Shown one piece after another: positions 18,349 to 27,601 of a DNA stretch of 64,000 bases. The notes under the pieces are model-generated. The model had not been told where the DNA came from, ran no database searches, and was given only the letters and a program-made list of their open reading frames with translations. How positions within the stretch are numbered: the stretch's first letter is position 1; every line of letters starts with the position of its first letter. The stretch comes from an uncultured Candidatus Saccharibacteria bacterium (GTDB taxonomy: Bacteria > Patescibacteriota > Saccharimonadia > Saccharimonadales > Saccharimonadaceae), in the NCBI GenBank assembly GCA_937981355.1, contig CALJPD010000019.1, positions 1,829 through 65,828 on the forward strand, in the 5' to 3' direction. The position numbers and the translations under genes are program-made.

Positions 18349-19217
18349 TGACCCCTGATATCTTTCGTGGTGAGCATGTTATTGTCCAGGGTATAACTGG
18401 CAAACATGGCTCATTTCATACCGAGCATATGTTGGCACGTGGTACACATATCGTTGGCGGCACGTCACCCAACCAATCGGTTACAGCGGTACACGGCGTG
18501 CCTGTCTTCCGGACGATTCGTGAAATTCAGGCGCAGCAGCCTGTCGATATTTCCGTCATTTTTGTACCAGCAGCCTATGCCAAAGCAGCGATTATGGAAG
18601 CAATTGATGCAGAGGTGCCACTCATTATTTGTATCACCGAGGGCGTGCCTGTCCACGATATGTTGCATATAAAACAACGCCTGGCAACCAGTTCTTCGAT
18701 TTTGATCGGCCCCAACTGCCCTGGCGTTCTCATCCCCGGCGTGCATAACCTCGGCATCATCCCTGCCACGCTCGCCACGCCAGGTCACACTGCTATCGTC
18801 AGCCGCAGTGGCACGCTCACCTACGAAGCAATGAGCCTCCTCACTCAAGCAGGTATTGGCCAGCGTTATGTGATTGGGATTGGCGGCGATATGATTGGCG
18901 GCAGTAGCTTCATTGATTGCTTGCAGTTGTTTGAGCAAGATGCAGCGGTAGAGCAGATTGTGCTGATCGGTGAGATTGGTGGCACGAGCGAGATTGCCGC
19001 GGCAGATTATATTAAGCGTCATATAAGCAAACCAGTCTATGCTTACATTGCGGGCCACAGTGCACCATCTGGAGTACAGATGGGCCATGCTGGGGCAATC
19101 CTTGGCACAAATGAGCTGGAATCGGCCCAGGCCAAGACGGCACGGCTCGAGGCCAGTGGCGCAGTGGTGGCATCGTCCATCCAGTCGCTCATCGCGCTCA
19201 TACCAACCAATAAGTGA
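18345..19217 (+). CDS. sucD: Succinate--CoA ligase alpha subunit
   Basis: VIVQGITGKHGSFHTEHMLARGTHIVGGTSP...VSRSGTLTYEA...MGHAGAI fits SucD along its whole length. Confidence 0.85.
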   Translation: MMTPDIFRGEHVIVQGITGKHGSFHTEHMLARGTHIVGGTSPNQSVTAVHGVPVFRTIREIQAQQPVDISVIFVPAAYAKAAIMEAIDAEVPLIICITEGVPVHDMLHIKQRLATSSSILIGPNCPGVLIPGVHNLGIIPATLATPGHTAIVSRSGTLTYEAMSLLTQAGIGQRYVIGIGGDMIGGSSFIDCLQLFEQDAAVEQIVLIGEIGGTSEIAAADYIKRHISKPVYAYIAGHSAPSGVQMGHAGAILGTNELESAQAKTARLEASGAVVASSIQSLIALIPTNK

Positions 19218-19232
19218 TACAATAAGGCTACG

Positions 19233-20180
19233 ATGAAAACAATCACCATTCTTATTCCTGCCTACAACGAAGCAGCTGTTTTGCCACAGCTGTTTGCCCG
19301 GCTCGAGACGCTGCAGCGCAGTGTTGATCGCCGGCGCTACCAGTTCGAATTCTTATTTATTAATGATGGCAGCCAAGATCACACGCTCGAGCTCATCCAG
19401 ATCGAGCAGCAACACAACCCCGCCATTGCCTACCTCAATCTCTCGCGCAACTTTGGTAAAGAAGCTGCTATGCTCGCTGGCTTCGACCACGCCGCGGGTG
19501 ATGCTGTCGTGGTAATTGATGCCGACCTGCAAGACCCACCAGAGCTGATCCCGCAGATGATCGAGTTATGGGAACAGGGGTATGATGATGTATATGCGCG
19601 GCGCCGAAGCCGCTCAGGCGAGACTTGGCTCAAGAAAAAAACTGCCGCTTGGTACTACCGCCTCCTCCAGAGTACAACACATATCCCTGTTCAGATCGAC
19701 ACGGGTGACTTCCGCTTACTTAGCAAGCGCTGCGTCACTGCTATCACCCAGCTGCGCGAATCTCAGCGCAATACCAAAGCGATCTTTAGTTGGGTGGGTT
19801 ACAAAAAGAAGGAGATCCTCTACGACCGCGACCCACGGGCTGCTGGCACTATCAAGCAAAGTCCGCGCACGCTCATTAACCTGGCCATTGACGGCATCAC
19901 GAGCTTTACAACCGCGCCACTGCGTATCTCGGCCGTGCTGGGCTTCCTTATCGCCTTCTTGGCCTCTATCTATATCCTCTATCTGCTCATTCGACCGCTA
20001 TTCGGTGTGCCAACCGGTGCAGGCTATTCGTCGCTCATGGCAGTCATTCTCTTCCTTGGTGGAGTGCAGCTGCTGAGCTTGGGGGTGATCGGCGAATACA
20101 TCGCCCGGATTTTTAGCGAAACGAAGCAGCGCCCACCTTATCTCGTCGAGGAACATCGTGAGGCTCGTCATCGCAAATAA
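19233..20180 (+). CDS. GT2 DPM1/GtrB/ArnC-like polyprenol-phosphate glycosyltransferase with C-terminal TM helices
   Basis: ITILIPAYNEA...FINDGSQDHT...VVIDADLQDPPE, plus two C-terminal TM helices. Confidence 0.8.
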   Translation: MKTITILIPAYNEAAVLPQLFARLETLQRSVDRRRYQFEFLFINDGSQDHTLELIQIEQQHNPAIAYLNLSRNFGKEAAMLAGFDHAAGDAVVVIDADLQDPPELIPQMIELWEQGYDDVYARRRSRSGETWLKKKTAAWYYRLLQSTTHIPVQIDTGDFRLLSKRCVTAITQLRESQRNTKAIFSWVGYKKKEILYDRDPRAAGTIKQSPRTLINLAIDGITSFTTAPLRISAVLGFLIAFLASIYILYLLIRPLFGVPTGAGYSSLMAVILFLGGVQLLSLGVIGEYIARIFSETKQRPPYLVEEHREARHRK

Positions 20181-20580
20181 CAGAGGTAAATTGCTGCGGT
20201 TTGCGCTTGTTGGCATGATTAATACAGCGATCGATATTGGCTTGCTATTTGGACTCACCACGCTTGGCCTGCCAAAGCTCGCGGCTAATACAGTATCAAC
20301 GGGCCTGGCCTTTATTTTTAGTTTTTTTGCTAATAGGTCGTATACTTTTCGCGCTCAGGGTGATGTGCGCCGACAGCTGATCTTGTTTGTCGTCGTTACT
20401 CTGGCGGGCTTGTGGGGGCTGCAAAATGCGGTTATTTTCTGCGCTTCGCCTATCCTGTCATCTGTTATTCATGCCGAGTCACTTGTGCTGCTGCTCGCAA
20501 AAATTATTGCTACTGGTGCATCGCTGGTGTGGAATTATTATTTGTATGATCATGTTGTTTTTCGAACAACAGAGAGATAA
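20158..20580 (+). CDS. GtrA-family membrane protein
   Basis: 140 aa with 4 TM helices and the LLRFALVGMINTAIDIGLLFGL motif typical of GtrA. Immediately downstream of the DPM1-like GT2. Confidence 0.65.
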   Translation: MRLVIANNRGKLLRFALVGMINTAIDIGLLFGLTTLGLPKLAANTVSTGLAFIFSFFANRSYTFRAQGDVRRQLILFVVVTLAGLWGLQNAVIFCASPILSSVIHAESLVLLLAKIIATGASLVWNYYLYDHVVFRTTER

Positions 20581-20642
20581 TGTTTCGCTAAAATACGGTT
20601 TTTAAACAGTACATTTACAAACTCATTATACTCTCATAACTA

Positions 20643-21164
20643 TTATTGACGCTGATAATCATCCGCCACCCGCACAATATCATCCTCTGTTGATGGGTGC
20701 GTTGGGTCAGTGTGTTGCCAGAGCTCAGCAATAATCGTTGGGTGCTGAGCATCACCGCAAGCACGGTGACGCTCCCCTGCCGCCAACCTTACGATATCGC
20801 CTGCCTGAGCTGGTGTTGGCTGGGCTGGTAGCTCGTCGCTCATGTTGCGATAGTACGCACCAGCAGTCAGAAAACGCCACAACTCCGCCCGCCGATGGTG
20901 ATATTGCCAGCTCAGACGCGCCCCTGGCCGGACAAAGAGAATCTTGGGGCTAAGCGGCGCATCGACTTTATCCTTAGTTTCTACCCCCGAGGCCGCAAAG
21001 AAGTCCGCCGCAAACCGCCCTGCCTGCGCTGGATCAATACAGACAAACCCGCCCCATGGCCGCTGACTATCTACCCCAGTAATGTAGTAACCGGCTTGGC
21101 GGAGAATGTGCTCGATTTGCGCCACGCTTGTCTGAGCTGCTATGTGTTGCAGTAATTCCATCAT
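20643..21164 (-). CDS. Cupin-domain protein, mannose-6-phosphate isomerase type II C-terminal domain-like
   Basis: PGARLSWQYHHRRAELW...GERHRA...EDDIVRVADDYQR matches the ManC-type cupin motif. Confidence 0.6.
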   Translation of the reverse strand: MMELLQHIAAQTSVAQIEHILRQAGYYITGVDSQRPWGGFVCIDPAQAGRFAADFFAASGVETKDKVDAPLSPKILFVRPGARLSWQYHHRRAELWRFLTAGAYYRNMSDELPAQPTPAQAGDIVRLAAGERHRACGDAQHPTIIAELWQHTDPTHPSTEDDIVRVADDYQRQ

Positions 21165-21279
21165 ATTACGATAATATGGGTATTATAACACTTTTATACA
21201 GAGTTGTGTTATTATTATCCGCCTTGACATACCCTCGCTCATCTGGCGCTTTTGGTGCAGGAGCTGTATACTAGAGGGT

Positions 21280-22383
21280 ATGAGTTTTCATATTGCAATC
21301 GACGCCCGCGTGATCAATTCTGGCACGGGCACATATGTCGTGAAGTTGCTTGAGCAGCTGGAGCGGCTTGATACGACCAACCGCTATAGCATCCTCGTTC
21401 CTACTAAGGACCGCGACTACTGGCAACCACACAACCCTAACTTCACCATCCGCACGGTCGACTTTGCCAACTATTCGCTAGCAGAGCAACTTGGCTTCCG
21501 GCGCTACCTAGATGAGCTAGGGCCCGACTTAGTACATTTTTGCATGCCGCAGCAACCGGTCTTTTACAGAGGTAAGCACGTCACCACGGTGCACGATATG
21601 ACCCTCCTCAAGACGTATAATTCCGATAAAAATTGGCTTGTGTTTCATCTCAAACAATTGGTGGGACGCTGGGTATTTCGGCGGATTGCCCGCACCAGCG
21701 AGCATATCATTACCATCTCTCAGACGACTAAGCAGGAATATCAGGACTTTACCAAGATCCCCGATAGCAAAATTTCGGTCATCTACGAGGCGGGCGAGGT
21801 ACACCCTGGGCATCTCACGCCGTATATCGATCTCCCCTTCAAGCGGTTTATTATCTACGTTGGGCAGCAGCCTGATTATAAAAATCTGCGGCGCTTCGCG
21901 GCCGCACACCAGCAGCTGCTGAGTCGCTGGCCTGACCTTGGTCTGGTATTTGTAGGGCGAATGAACGAAGACACCAAGCGCAACCAAGCCTACTACCAGC
22001 AGCAAGGCTATCGTAATATTCACTTCACTGGGTTTATCCCCGATGGACAGCGTGATTGGCTACTTAACAAAGCCGAGGCATACGTCTTTCCATCACTGAT
22101 GGAGGGGTTTGGCCTGCCACCACTCGAGACGATGGCGTATGGCACGACACCTGTTATATCGAGCAATACCTCGTGTATGCCCGAGATTTTAGGCGATGCT
22201 GCCGAGTACTTCAACCCACTCGATGTTGATGCCATCGCTAGCGCAATCGACCGCGTCCTCAGCCAACCAGCTCGCCGTCGCGAGCTTATCGTCAAAGGCA
22301 AAGCCCAAGCTGCCCGCTACTCGTGGGAGCGCTGCGGCAAGGAAACATTGGCGGTGTATGAGCGAGCACTTGGTAAGCAGTAA
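21280..22383 (+). CDS. Glycosyltransferase family 4 (GT1 superfamily)
   Basis: ...[43 protein letters not shown] is a GT4 C-terminal signature (E-x7-E). Confidence 0.8.
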   Translation: [367 protein letters not shown]

Positions 22384-22419
22384 GCGTGATACATAAAATA
22401 ACAGAGTAACTTATATACA

Positions 22420-22464
22420 GTAGCAGCTCCTATAGTTCAATACAGAACCTAAAGGAGCTGCTAC
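22420..22464 (-). terminator. Hairpin terminator downstream of two small minus-strand ORFs
   Basis: Perfect 12-bp stem GTAGCAGCTCCT/AGGAGCTGCTAC with a 21-nt loop. The minus-strand transcript is followed by a U-rich tract (UGUAUAUAAGUUACUCUGUUAUUUU). Confidence 0.4.
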
Positions 22465-22469
22465 TATGG

Positions 22470-22751
22470 CTACATCTGAGGTGTACTCGTCGCTCGTTCT
22501 ACTAAGGCTTGTACAGCAGCCCCTCGAGCTTGCGCCATTTGTACTTCCTTCCATGAAGGATCGAGTAGCGTATTAAGGGTTGCTATATCGTCTCGTGATG
22601 GATTATTCTTTTTTCTCACGCCTTCTACCGTTTGGTGTATATCCAGCCGACCACCATCGACCGTTACGAATTTCATAGACCCAATCATCGGCTCCTCTGT
22701 CATCGACCCCGATTCATGTAGTTGGTTGTTAGAGGGTATATTTGTATTCAT
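22470..22751 (-). CDS. Hypothetical small protein (93 aa)
   Basis: ORF in a low-GC islet with non-biased composition, followed by a terminator hairpin. No recognisable domain. Confidence 0.3.
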   Translation of the reverse strand: MNTNIPSNNQLHESGSMTEEPMIGSMKFVTVDGGRLDIHQTVEGVRKKNNPSRDDIATLNTLLDPSWKEVQMAQARGAAVQALVERATSTPQM

Positions 22752-22774
22752 ATCACGCCTCGCTACTTCTTCAC

Positions 22775-22984
22775 TTATTGTAATATCATGCTTACTTCGC
22801 GGCGAATTAATGGCTCATGCTCATTACTCCCCTTGTTATATTCTTTTGCAATATTTATTGCAACGCGTACATCATCCGTCCCTTTATACTGTGCTATGTG
22901 GGCAGCTTTTTGCTTCGCATCTTGCAGGAATGTCATAATGGTCTCAGACATATTTTGCTCTGCAATGTTCGTAAGATCTTCCAA
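22775..22984 (-). CDS. Hypothetical small protein (69 aa)
   Basis: ORF 23 nt upstream of the 93-aa ORF on the same strand. Charged, helical-looking sequence. No recognisable domain. Confidence 0.3.
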   Translation of the reverse strand: MEDLTNIAEQNMSETIMTFLQDAKQKAAHIAQYKGTDDVRVAINIAKEYNKGSNEHEPLIRREVSMILQ

Positions 22985-23317
22985 GGTGTAGACTGTTATA
23001 TATTTCTCTTGCCTACTTATGCCATTATATGGGTCGCCATGGTGTACAAATGGCTTCTTATTAAGCCGCTTATCGACGAGGCTATTAAAGTCTTCGGTTG
23101 CTAATTCCTTTGTTTTTCCTGCTCATAATATGGGTCTTCATAACGTGACATAGGGGTTCCTCGTGGTTCTTAGTATGTAACAATGGTATAATACTTTTTT
23201 CTCTGCAGCGCCAAACAGTTATTCTACTAAATACGCTACCTTTTCTCAAAGATATATAGAATAAGGGGTGAATGTTCTTTAGTGTCTCACTCCCCTGTTG
23301 TGTGTAGACTTTTACTT

Positions 23318-23782
23318 TTACTCAGCTTCTTCTAACTGGATAATTACATGGCGCTCACGACCTTCGCCTTCGGAGACGGTCGTGATGCCAGCTGCGTCGG
23401 CGGCAACTTGGTGGACGATACGTCGATCGGCTGGGTTGAGGTGGGCGGTGTAGGGCCCACCAGTTGCACGCACGCGCTCGATCCAGCCCCGCGCTTTGTC
23501 GGCAATCTTTTCCTCGTGCTGCTTTTTATAGTCGGCAATATCAACACTCACGCGCACCACTGCGGCATTTTGCGCCCGCAGCGCCGACGAGACGATATAT
23601 TGCAATGCCCGTAATGTCTCTGCCCCGCGGCCAATCAAGATACTATTGATATCCGACGACTCTACCCGAAGTGTCATTACCTCGCCATCGTCATCACCCG
23701 ATACCGCAATATTTTCGCCAAAAAATGAGATAATGTTCTGGAGATATTCTCGGGCAAATGTTACTGATTGGTATCGATCCAT
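23318..23782 (-). CDS. khpB: KhpB/Jag RNA-binding protein (KH + R3H domains)
   Basis: Conserved position downstream of yidC. R3H-like C-terminus (...RIVHQVAADAAGITTVSEGEG..R.VIIQ). Confidence 0.75.
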   Translation of the reverse strand: MDRYQSVTFAREYLQNIISFFGENIAVSGDDDGEVMTLRVESSDINSILIGRGAETLRALQYIVSSALRAQNAAVVRVSVDIADYKKQHEEKIADKARGWIERVRATGGPYTAHLNPADRRIVHQVAADAAGITTVSEGEGRERHVIIQLEEAE

Positions 23783-23799
23783 CGGGTTCTCCTCCTCTG

Positions 23800-24720
23800 T
23801 TATTCTTTGGCTTTGATGCGTGTGATGTTGGCTTCTGTAGCCGCTTTGGCGCGCTTTTTCGTCGATTTTTTCTTGGCAGGCGTTGTAATATCTACTTCAT
23901 CGGCAATTGCTTCAAGCTCTTGCTTGTCTTTGCGGAGGAGATATGACTGCTGCGCTACCGCTACTAGGTTAGATGCTGTGTAGTAGAGCGCCAACGCCCC
24001 TGGCAAGCCCATCATGATCATAAACATCATCACTGGCATAAACTTCGCCATATTACGCATCATTGCGGCGTTCATCTCGGCGGGGTCGGCCTCTTTACCG
24101 GCAGCCGTCTCCTTCATGATGTCACGGAAACGCTTAGCACTCTTACCAGTCGGCATAGTTTGCTTAATCATCACATATTGGGTGAGAGCTGAGATGATTG
24201 CGAGAGCGAGGAGCGGCCAGACAATACCATCCTTGCCAAGCGCTACCTTAGTGAGGTCGATAAAGCCGAGCATGGTGTGGTTGAATTGATCGGGGTGGTT
24301 AATAATGGTCTTGATAGCATCGATATTCTTGAGCGGCTCGTAGATGTAGCGCGCTACTTGGTCACGGTGGAGCGAGATGATCATGATCACCTGGTAGAGA
24401 CCGATAAAGATCGGAATCTGAATAAAGAGTAGGAGAATCGAGCGAAATGGCTTGATACCGTATTTTTTATACAGCTCCATCTGCTGCATAGCTTCTACTT
24501 GGCGGTTGCCATTAGCCGCTTTCTTGATCTTGGCGAGCTCAGGCTGCATCTTACGCATCTGTTTGCTCTGGTGGAGCTGCCGCTTGAGCAGTGGGTAGAG
24601 CAAGAAGCGGATGATGACCGTGAAGAGAATCACCGCCACGCCAAAGTCACCACCAGGGATGATACTATAGATAAGCAAAAGCGCGTTAAAAATGGGCTGC
24701 AAAATTATTGTCTCAAACAT
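23800..24720 (-). CDS. yidC: Membrane protein insertase YidC (short, Gram-positive type)
   Basis: The MFETIILQPIFNALLLIYS start is typical of YidC. 5 TM helices and a Lys-rich C-terminal tail. GGAG SD 5 nt upstream of the ATG at 24720. Confidence 0.85.
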   Translation of the reverse strand: MFETIILQPIFNALLLIYSIIPGGDFGVAVILFTVIIRFLLYPLLKRQLHQSKQMRKMQPELAKIKKAANGNRQVEAMQQMELYKKYGIKPFRSILLLFIQIPIFIGLYQVIMIISLHRDQVARYIYEPLKNIDAIKTIINHPDQFNHTMLGFIDLTKVALGKDGIVWPLLALAIISALTQYVMIKQTMPTGKSAKRFRDIMKETAAGKEADPAEMNAAMMRNMAKFMPVMMFMIMMGLPGALALYYTASNLVAVAQQSYLLRKDKQELEAIADEVDITTPAKKKSTKKRAKAATEANITRIKAKE

Positions 24721-25033
24721 ATTGACTCCGATTACTGCATTTATTGTATCATAGGTGGTCACGGAAGATGAATTGTGGCAAAGTAATTTGGAGATTAATC
24801 AGTGATATGTCCAAGATATTATCAATAATGCTGCGCATAGGTGTATCCAGAAGTTTAGAAAAATAACACTCATCTAGCTTGCAATCTAACTGAGCAGAAC
24901 ATCAATAAATAGAATATCATGTAGAGATTTTGAGCTTTGGTTAACACAGTTTACGGAAAAATTTCTGTACCAATTTGACTCAAATTAATATACAGAAAAA
25001 GTAGGACAAAAAAGACTCAGTCGCCACAAATTC

Positions 25034-25420
25034 CTATTCTCGCTTATCCGCATCATTACCTGGCATTACCCTACCGGGGCAAATGCCAGCTCGCACAAGC
25101 AGATTTGTCACCACCAGCACAAGCTCATCGTGCGACGTGGTAAGTACTTCGCTTGAGGTAATGATCAGTGCAACGTCGTACACCCCTGTAAAGTGCGATA
25201 CTTGCTGGCGCAGAATCTCGTAGATACGACGGCGAATACGGTTGCGCCCCACGGCGGATTTGTGCACCTTCTTGCTTACTACTACGGCAATTCGTGGCAT
25301 ACGCCGGCGGCGATTGGCAACGTACTTGACGGTCAGCAGGCGCGAACGCTCGGCACTCGCATGGCGATACAAATAGCGTAGCCCGCCATAGCCATGAAAC
25401 CGATATCGTTGCTGTAACAT
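25034..25420 (-). CDS. rnpA: Ribonuclease P protein component
   Basis: 128-aa basic protein with the RNR motif (...VGRNRIRRRIYEI...) immediately downstream of rpmH. Confidence 0.75.
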   Translation of the reverse strand: MLQQRYRFHGYGGLRYLYRHASAERSRLLTVKYVANRRRRMPRIAVVVSKKVHKSAVGRNRIRRRIYEILRQQVSHFTGVYDVALIITSSEVLTTSHDELVLVVTNLLVRAGICPGRVMPGNDADKRE

Positions 25421-25507
25421 AGCTGTATTATAGCAAATCTACTTACAGACCGAGACAAAATAACCCACTAAGCAGTGGGTTATTCTCGTCATTTTGCTAT
25501 CATCACA

Positions 25508-25648
25508 CTACGAGAGTGCGAGGCGAGCGCGGCCCTTGGCGCGGCGGCGCTTGAGTACGTTGCGGCCTGCCTTGGTAGCAATCCGTGCCCGAAACCCGTG
25601 CGTCCGAGCGCGATGACGAGTGTGTGGTTGGTGAGTTCGTTTTGGCAT
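25508..25648 (-). CDS. rpmH: 50S ribosomal protein L34
   Basis: Hand-translated 46-aa [49 protein letters not shown], matching the L34 consensus. It is below the 60-aa ORF-track threshold. Confidence 0.8.
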   Translation of the reverse strand: MPKRTHQPHTRHRARTHGFRARIATKAGRNVLKRRRAKGRARLALS

Positions 25649-25750
25649 ATCATCGCTATTATACGCGATTGCCCGAGATCTTTCAACTTTTCACCTTTTT
25701 AGTAGATTTTTTGTTCCTATCAGCCTTCGCGGTAAGCATAGCCAAATTAT

Positions 25751-25875
25751 TTATCCACATTTGTTCGTGAGTTATCCACACTTTAACAGAGGTAGTGTGT
25801 TTTTGTGGAAAAACTACACCCCTGTTACTCTTCTCGCTTTCACCCCGCTGTTGTATTTCTCACGGTTGTGGAAAA
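25751..25875. promoter_or_regulatory. oriC DnaA-box cluster upstream of dnaA
   Basis: TTATCCACA at 25751-25759 and 25772-25780. TGTGGAAAA (reverse of TTTTCCACA) at 25805-25813 and 25867-25875. AT-rich flank at 25690-25750. Confidence 0.6.
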
Positions 25876-25936
25876 GTCGGTTTTTTCCTATACTAAAAAG
25901 AGTCATTGTATAACAAATAAGGAGTAGTAAAAGCTA

Positions 25937-27319
25937 GTGTACCACAGTTTGTGGAAGAGTGTTTTGGGTGAGATTGAAGTGTCGATACCAAGCGGTATTT
26001 TTTCGACGTGGTTTGCCAATACCGAGATGCTCAGCAACAAAGACGGGGTGATCACTATTGGCGTGGTGAATGTCTTTGCGATTCGCCAGTTTGAGGTGCG
26101 CTACGATAGCATCGTCAAAGAAGCGCTGCAGAGCAGTGGTATTGAGGTGTCGCGCATCGCCTATGTGGTGAACAAACGCAGCAAAAAACGTACTGTTATT
26201 AGCCGCGAAACTACTGGTCAGCCAACCAACCGCGTCGAGGAGCGAGCAGCAGCACTCATTAGCAAGCCAACCACCCCCTCGCACTCTAGTTCTCCGACAC
26301 CAGCGACAAGCCTCAATGCGCGCTATACCTTCCAGAATTTCATCGTCGGCTCGAGCAACGACCTCGCCTACACCGCCTGCCAAGCGGTCGCACATAGCCC
26401 TGGTACGAAGTATAATCCCCTCTTTATCTACGGTGGCGTCGGTCTCGGTAAGACACACCTCATCCAAGCGGTAGGTAATGAGATCCTTGCGCGCGACCCA
26501 CGCAAGAAGGTCGCCTATCTGAGCTCGGAGACGTTTGTTAAAGAATTTATCGAGTCGATCCGCTTCAAAAAGGCTGGCTTTTCTGACCGGTACCGCAATG
26601 TTGATGTGCTCATCGTCGACGACATGCAATTTATTGCTGGGCGCGAAAAGACTCAGGAGGAATTCTTTCACACCTTCAATGCCCTCCACCAAGCCAACAA
26701 GCAAATTATCATCGGTAGTGACAAGCCACCGCACAGCATCCCTACCCTGACGGAGCGCTTGCGCAGTCGCTTTGAATGGGGGATGGCAATTGATATCCAG
26801 ATGCCCGACTTCGAGACGCGCTGTGCGATCGTCGAGACCAAGGCGAGCTTCGCTGGTGTAACGCTTGAGCGCGACACCGTGGAATATTTGGCCAAGAACG
26901 TCAAGACAAATATCCGCGAGCTCGAGGGCGCGCTTAATCAACTTCTTGCTTATGCCGAGATGCGCGGCGTCGCTCCTGATGTAATGACAGCGGAGGGTTT
27001 GCTTGGTAACGTCCGACGCAGTCGCCCCCAACACCTTACTGCCAAGCAGATCATCGATAAGACTGCCCGCCATTTCCAGATCGATAGCAAAGAAATCTGT
27101 GGTGCTAAGCGGGCTAAGCATATCGTTGTGCCGCGACAAATTGCCATGTACTTACTGCGCAGCGAGCTCCACATGAGCTTTCCACAAATTGCCAATGAGC
27201 TAGGCCGCAAAGACCACACTACCGCCATCCATTCAGTCGAAAAAATCGAAAAGTCCATCAAGCTCGACTACCTCATCCGTGAGCAGGTCGCTGACATCCG
27301 GGATAAGCTCTATGCCTAA
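25937..27319 (+). CDS. dnaA: Chromosomal replication initiator protein DnaA
   Basis: N-terminal LWKSVLGEIE...FSTWF, AAA+ Walker A GGVGLGKTHL, Walker B LIVDDMQF, and a C-terminal DNA-binding helix-turn-helix. GTG start with AAGGAG 12 nt upstream. Confidence 0.9.
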   Translation: MYHSLWKSVLGEIEVSIPSGIFSTWFANTEMLSNKDGVITIGVVNVFAIRQFEVRYDSIVKEALQSSGIEVSRIAYVVNKRSKKRTVISRETTGQPTNRVEERAAALISKPTTPSHSSSPTPATSLNARYTFQNFIVGSSNDLAYTACQAVAHSPGTKYNPLFIYGGVGLGKTHLIQAVGNEILARDPRKKVAYLSSETFVKEFIESIRFKKAGFSDRYRNVDVLIVDDMQFIAGREKTQEEFFHTFNALHQANKQIIIGSDKPPHSIPTLTERLRSRFEWGMAIDIQMPDFETRCAIVETKASFAGVTLERDTVEYLAKNVKTNIRELEGALNQLLAYAEMRGVAPDVMTAEGLLGNVRRSRPQHLTAKQIIDKTARHFQIDSKEICGAKRAKHIVVPRQIAMYLLRSELHMSFPQIANELGRKDHTTAIHSVEKIEKSIKLDYLIREQVADIRDKLYA

Positions 27320-27443
27320 GCCATGTGTCTTTTTCGCTGCGCCTGTGGAAAAGCCGTGCACAGCTGGTCGTATAACCCGCGGACAGCTCGTAGGCAATCA
27401 TCCACAGCATGAAAAGCACACCATACGAAAGCCTTACTGGCTG

Positions 27444-27556
27444 GTGGATAACCCCTGCTTCTCCCCGATTTATCCACGCCAGCGATCGCAGCGTTTTACA
27501 CAAGTAGTGGGCAGGTCGTACCTCTGTTATTCGTCATGGTTTCCACAGTATCCACA
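27444..27556. promoter_or_regulatory. DnaA-box cluster in the dnaA-dnaN intergenic region
   Basis: GGTGGATAA at 27444-27452, TTATCCACG at 27469-27477, and TTTCCACAGTATCCACAG at 27540-27557. An AT-rich tract follows, before dnaN. Confidence 0.5.
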
Positions 27557-27601
27557 GCACCTATTACTATATCAACCAGATAAAAAGAAAGGATTGTAGA
27601 T

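Noticed and set aside
18465-19088. 207-aa minus-strand ORF antisense to sucD
   Set aside because: It is antisense to a confidently identified gene, with no motif and biased composition.
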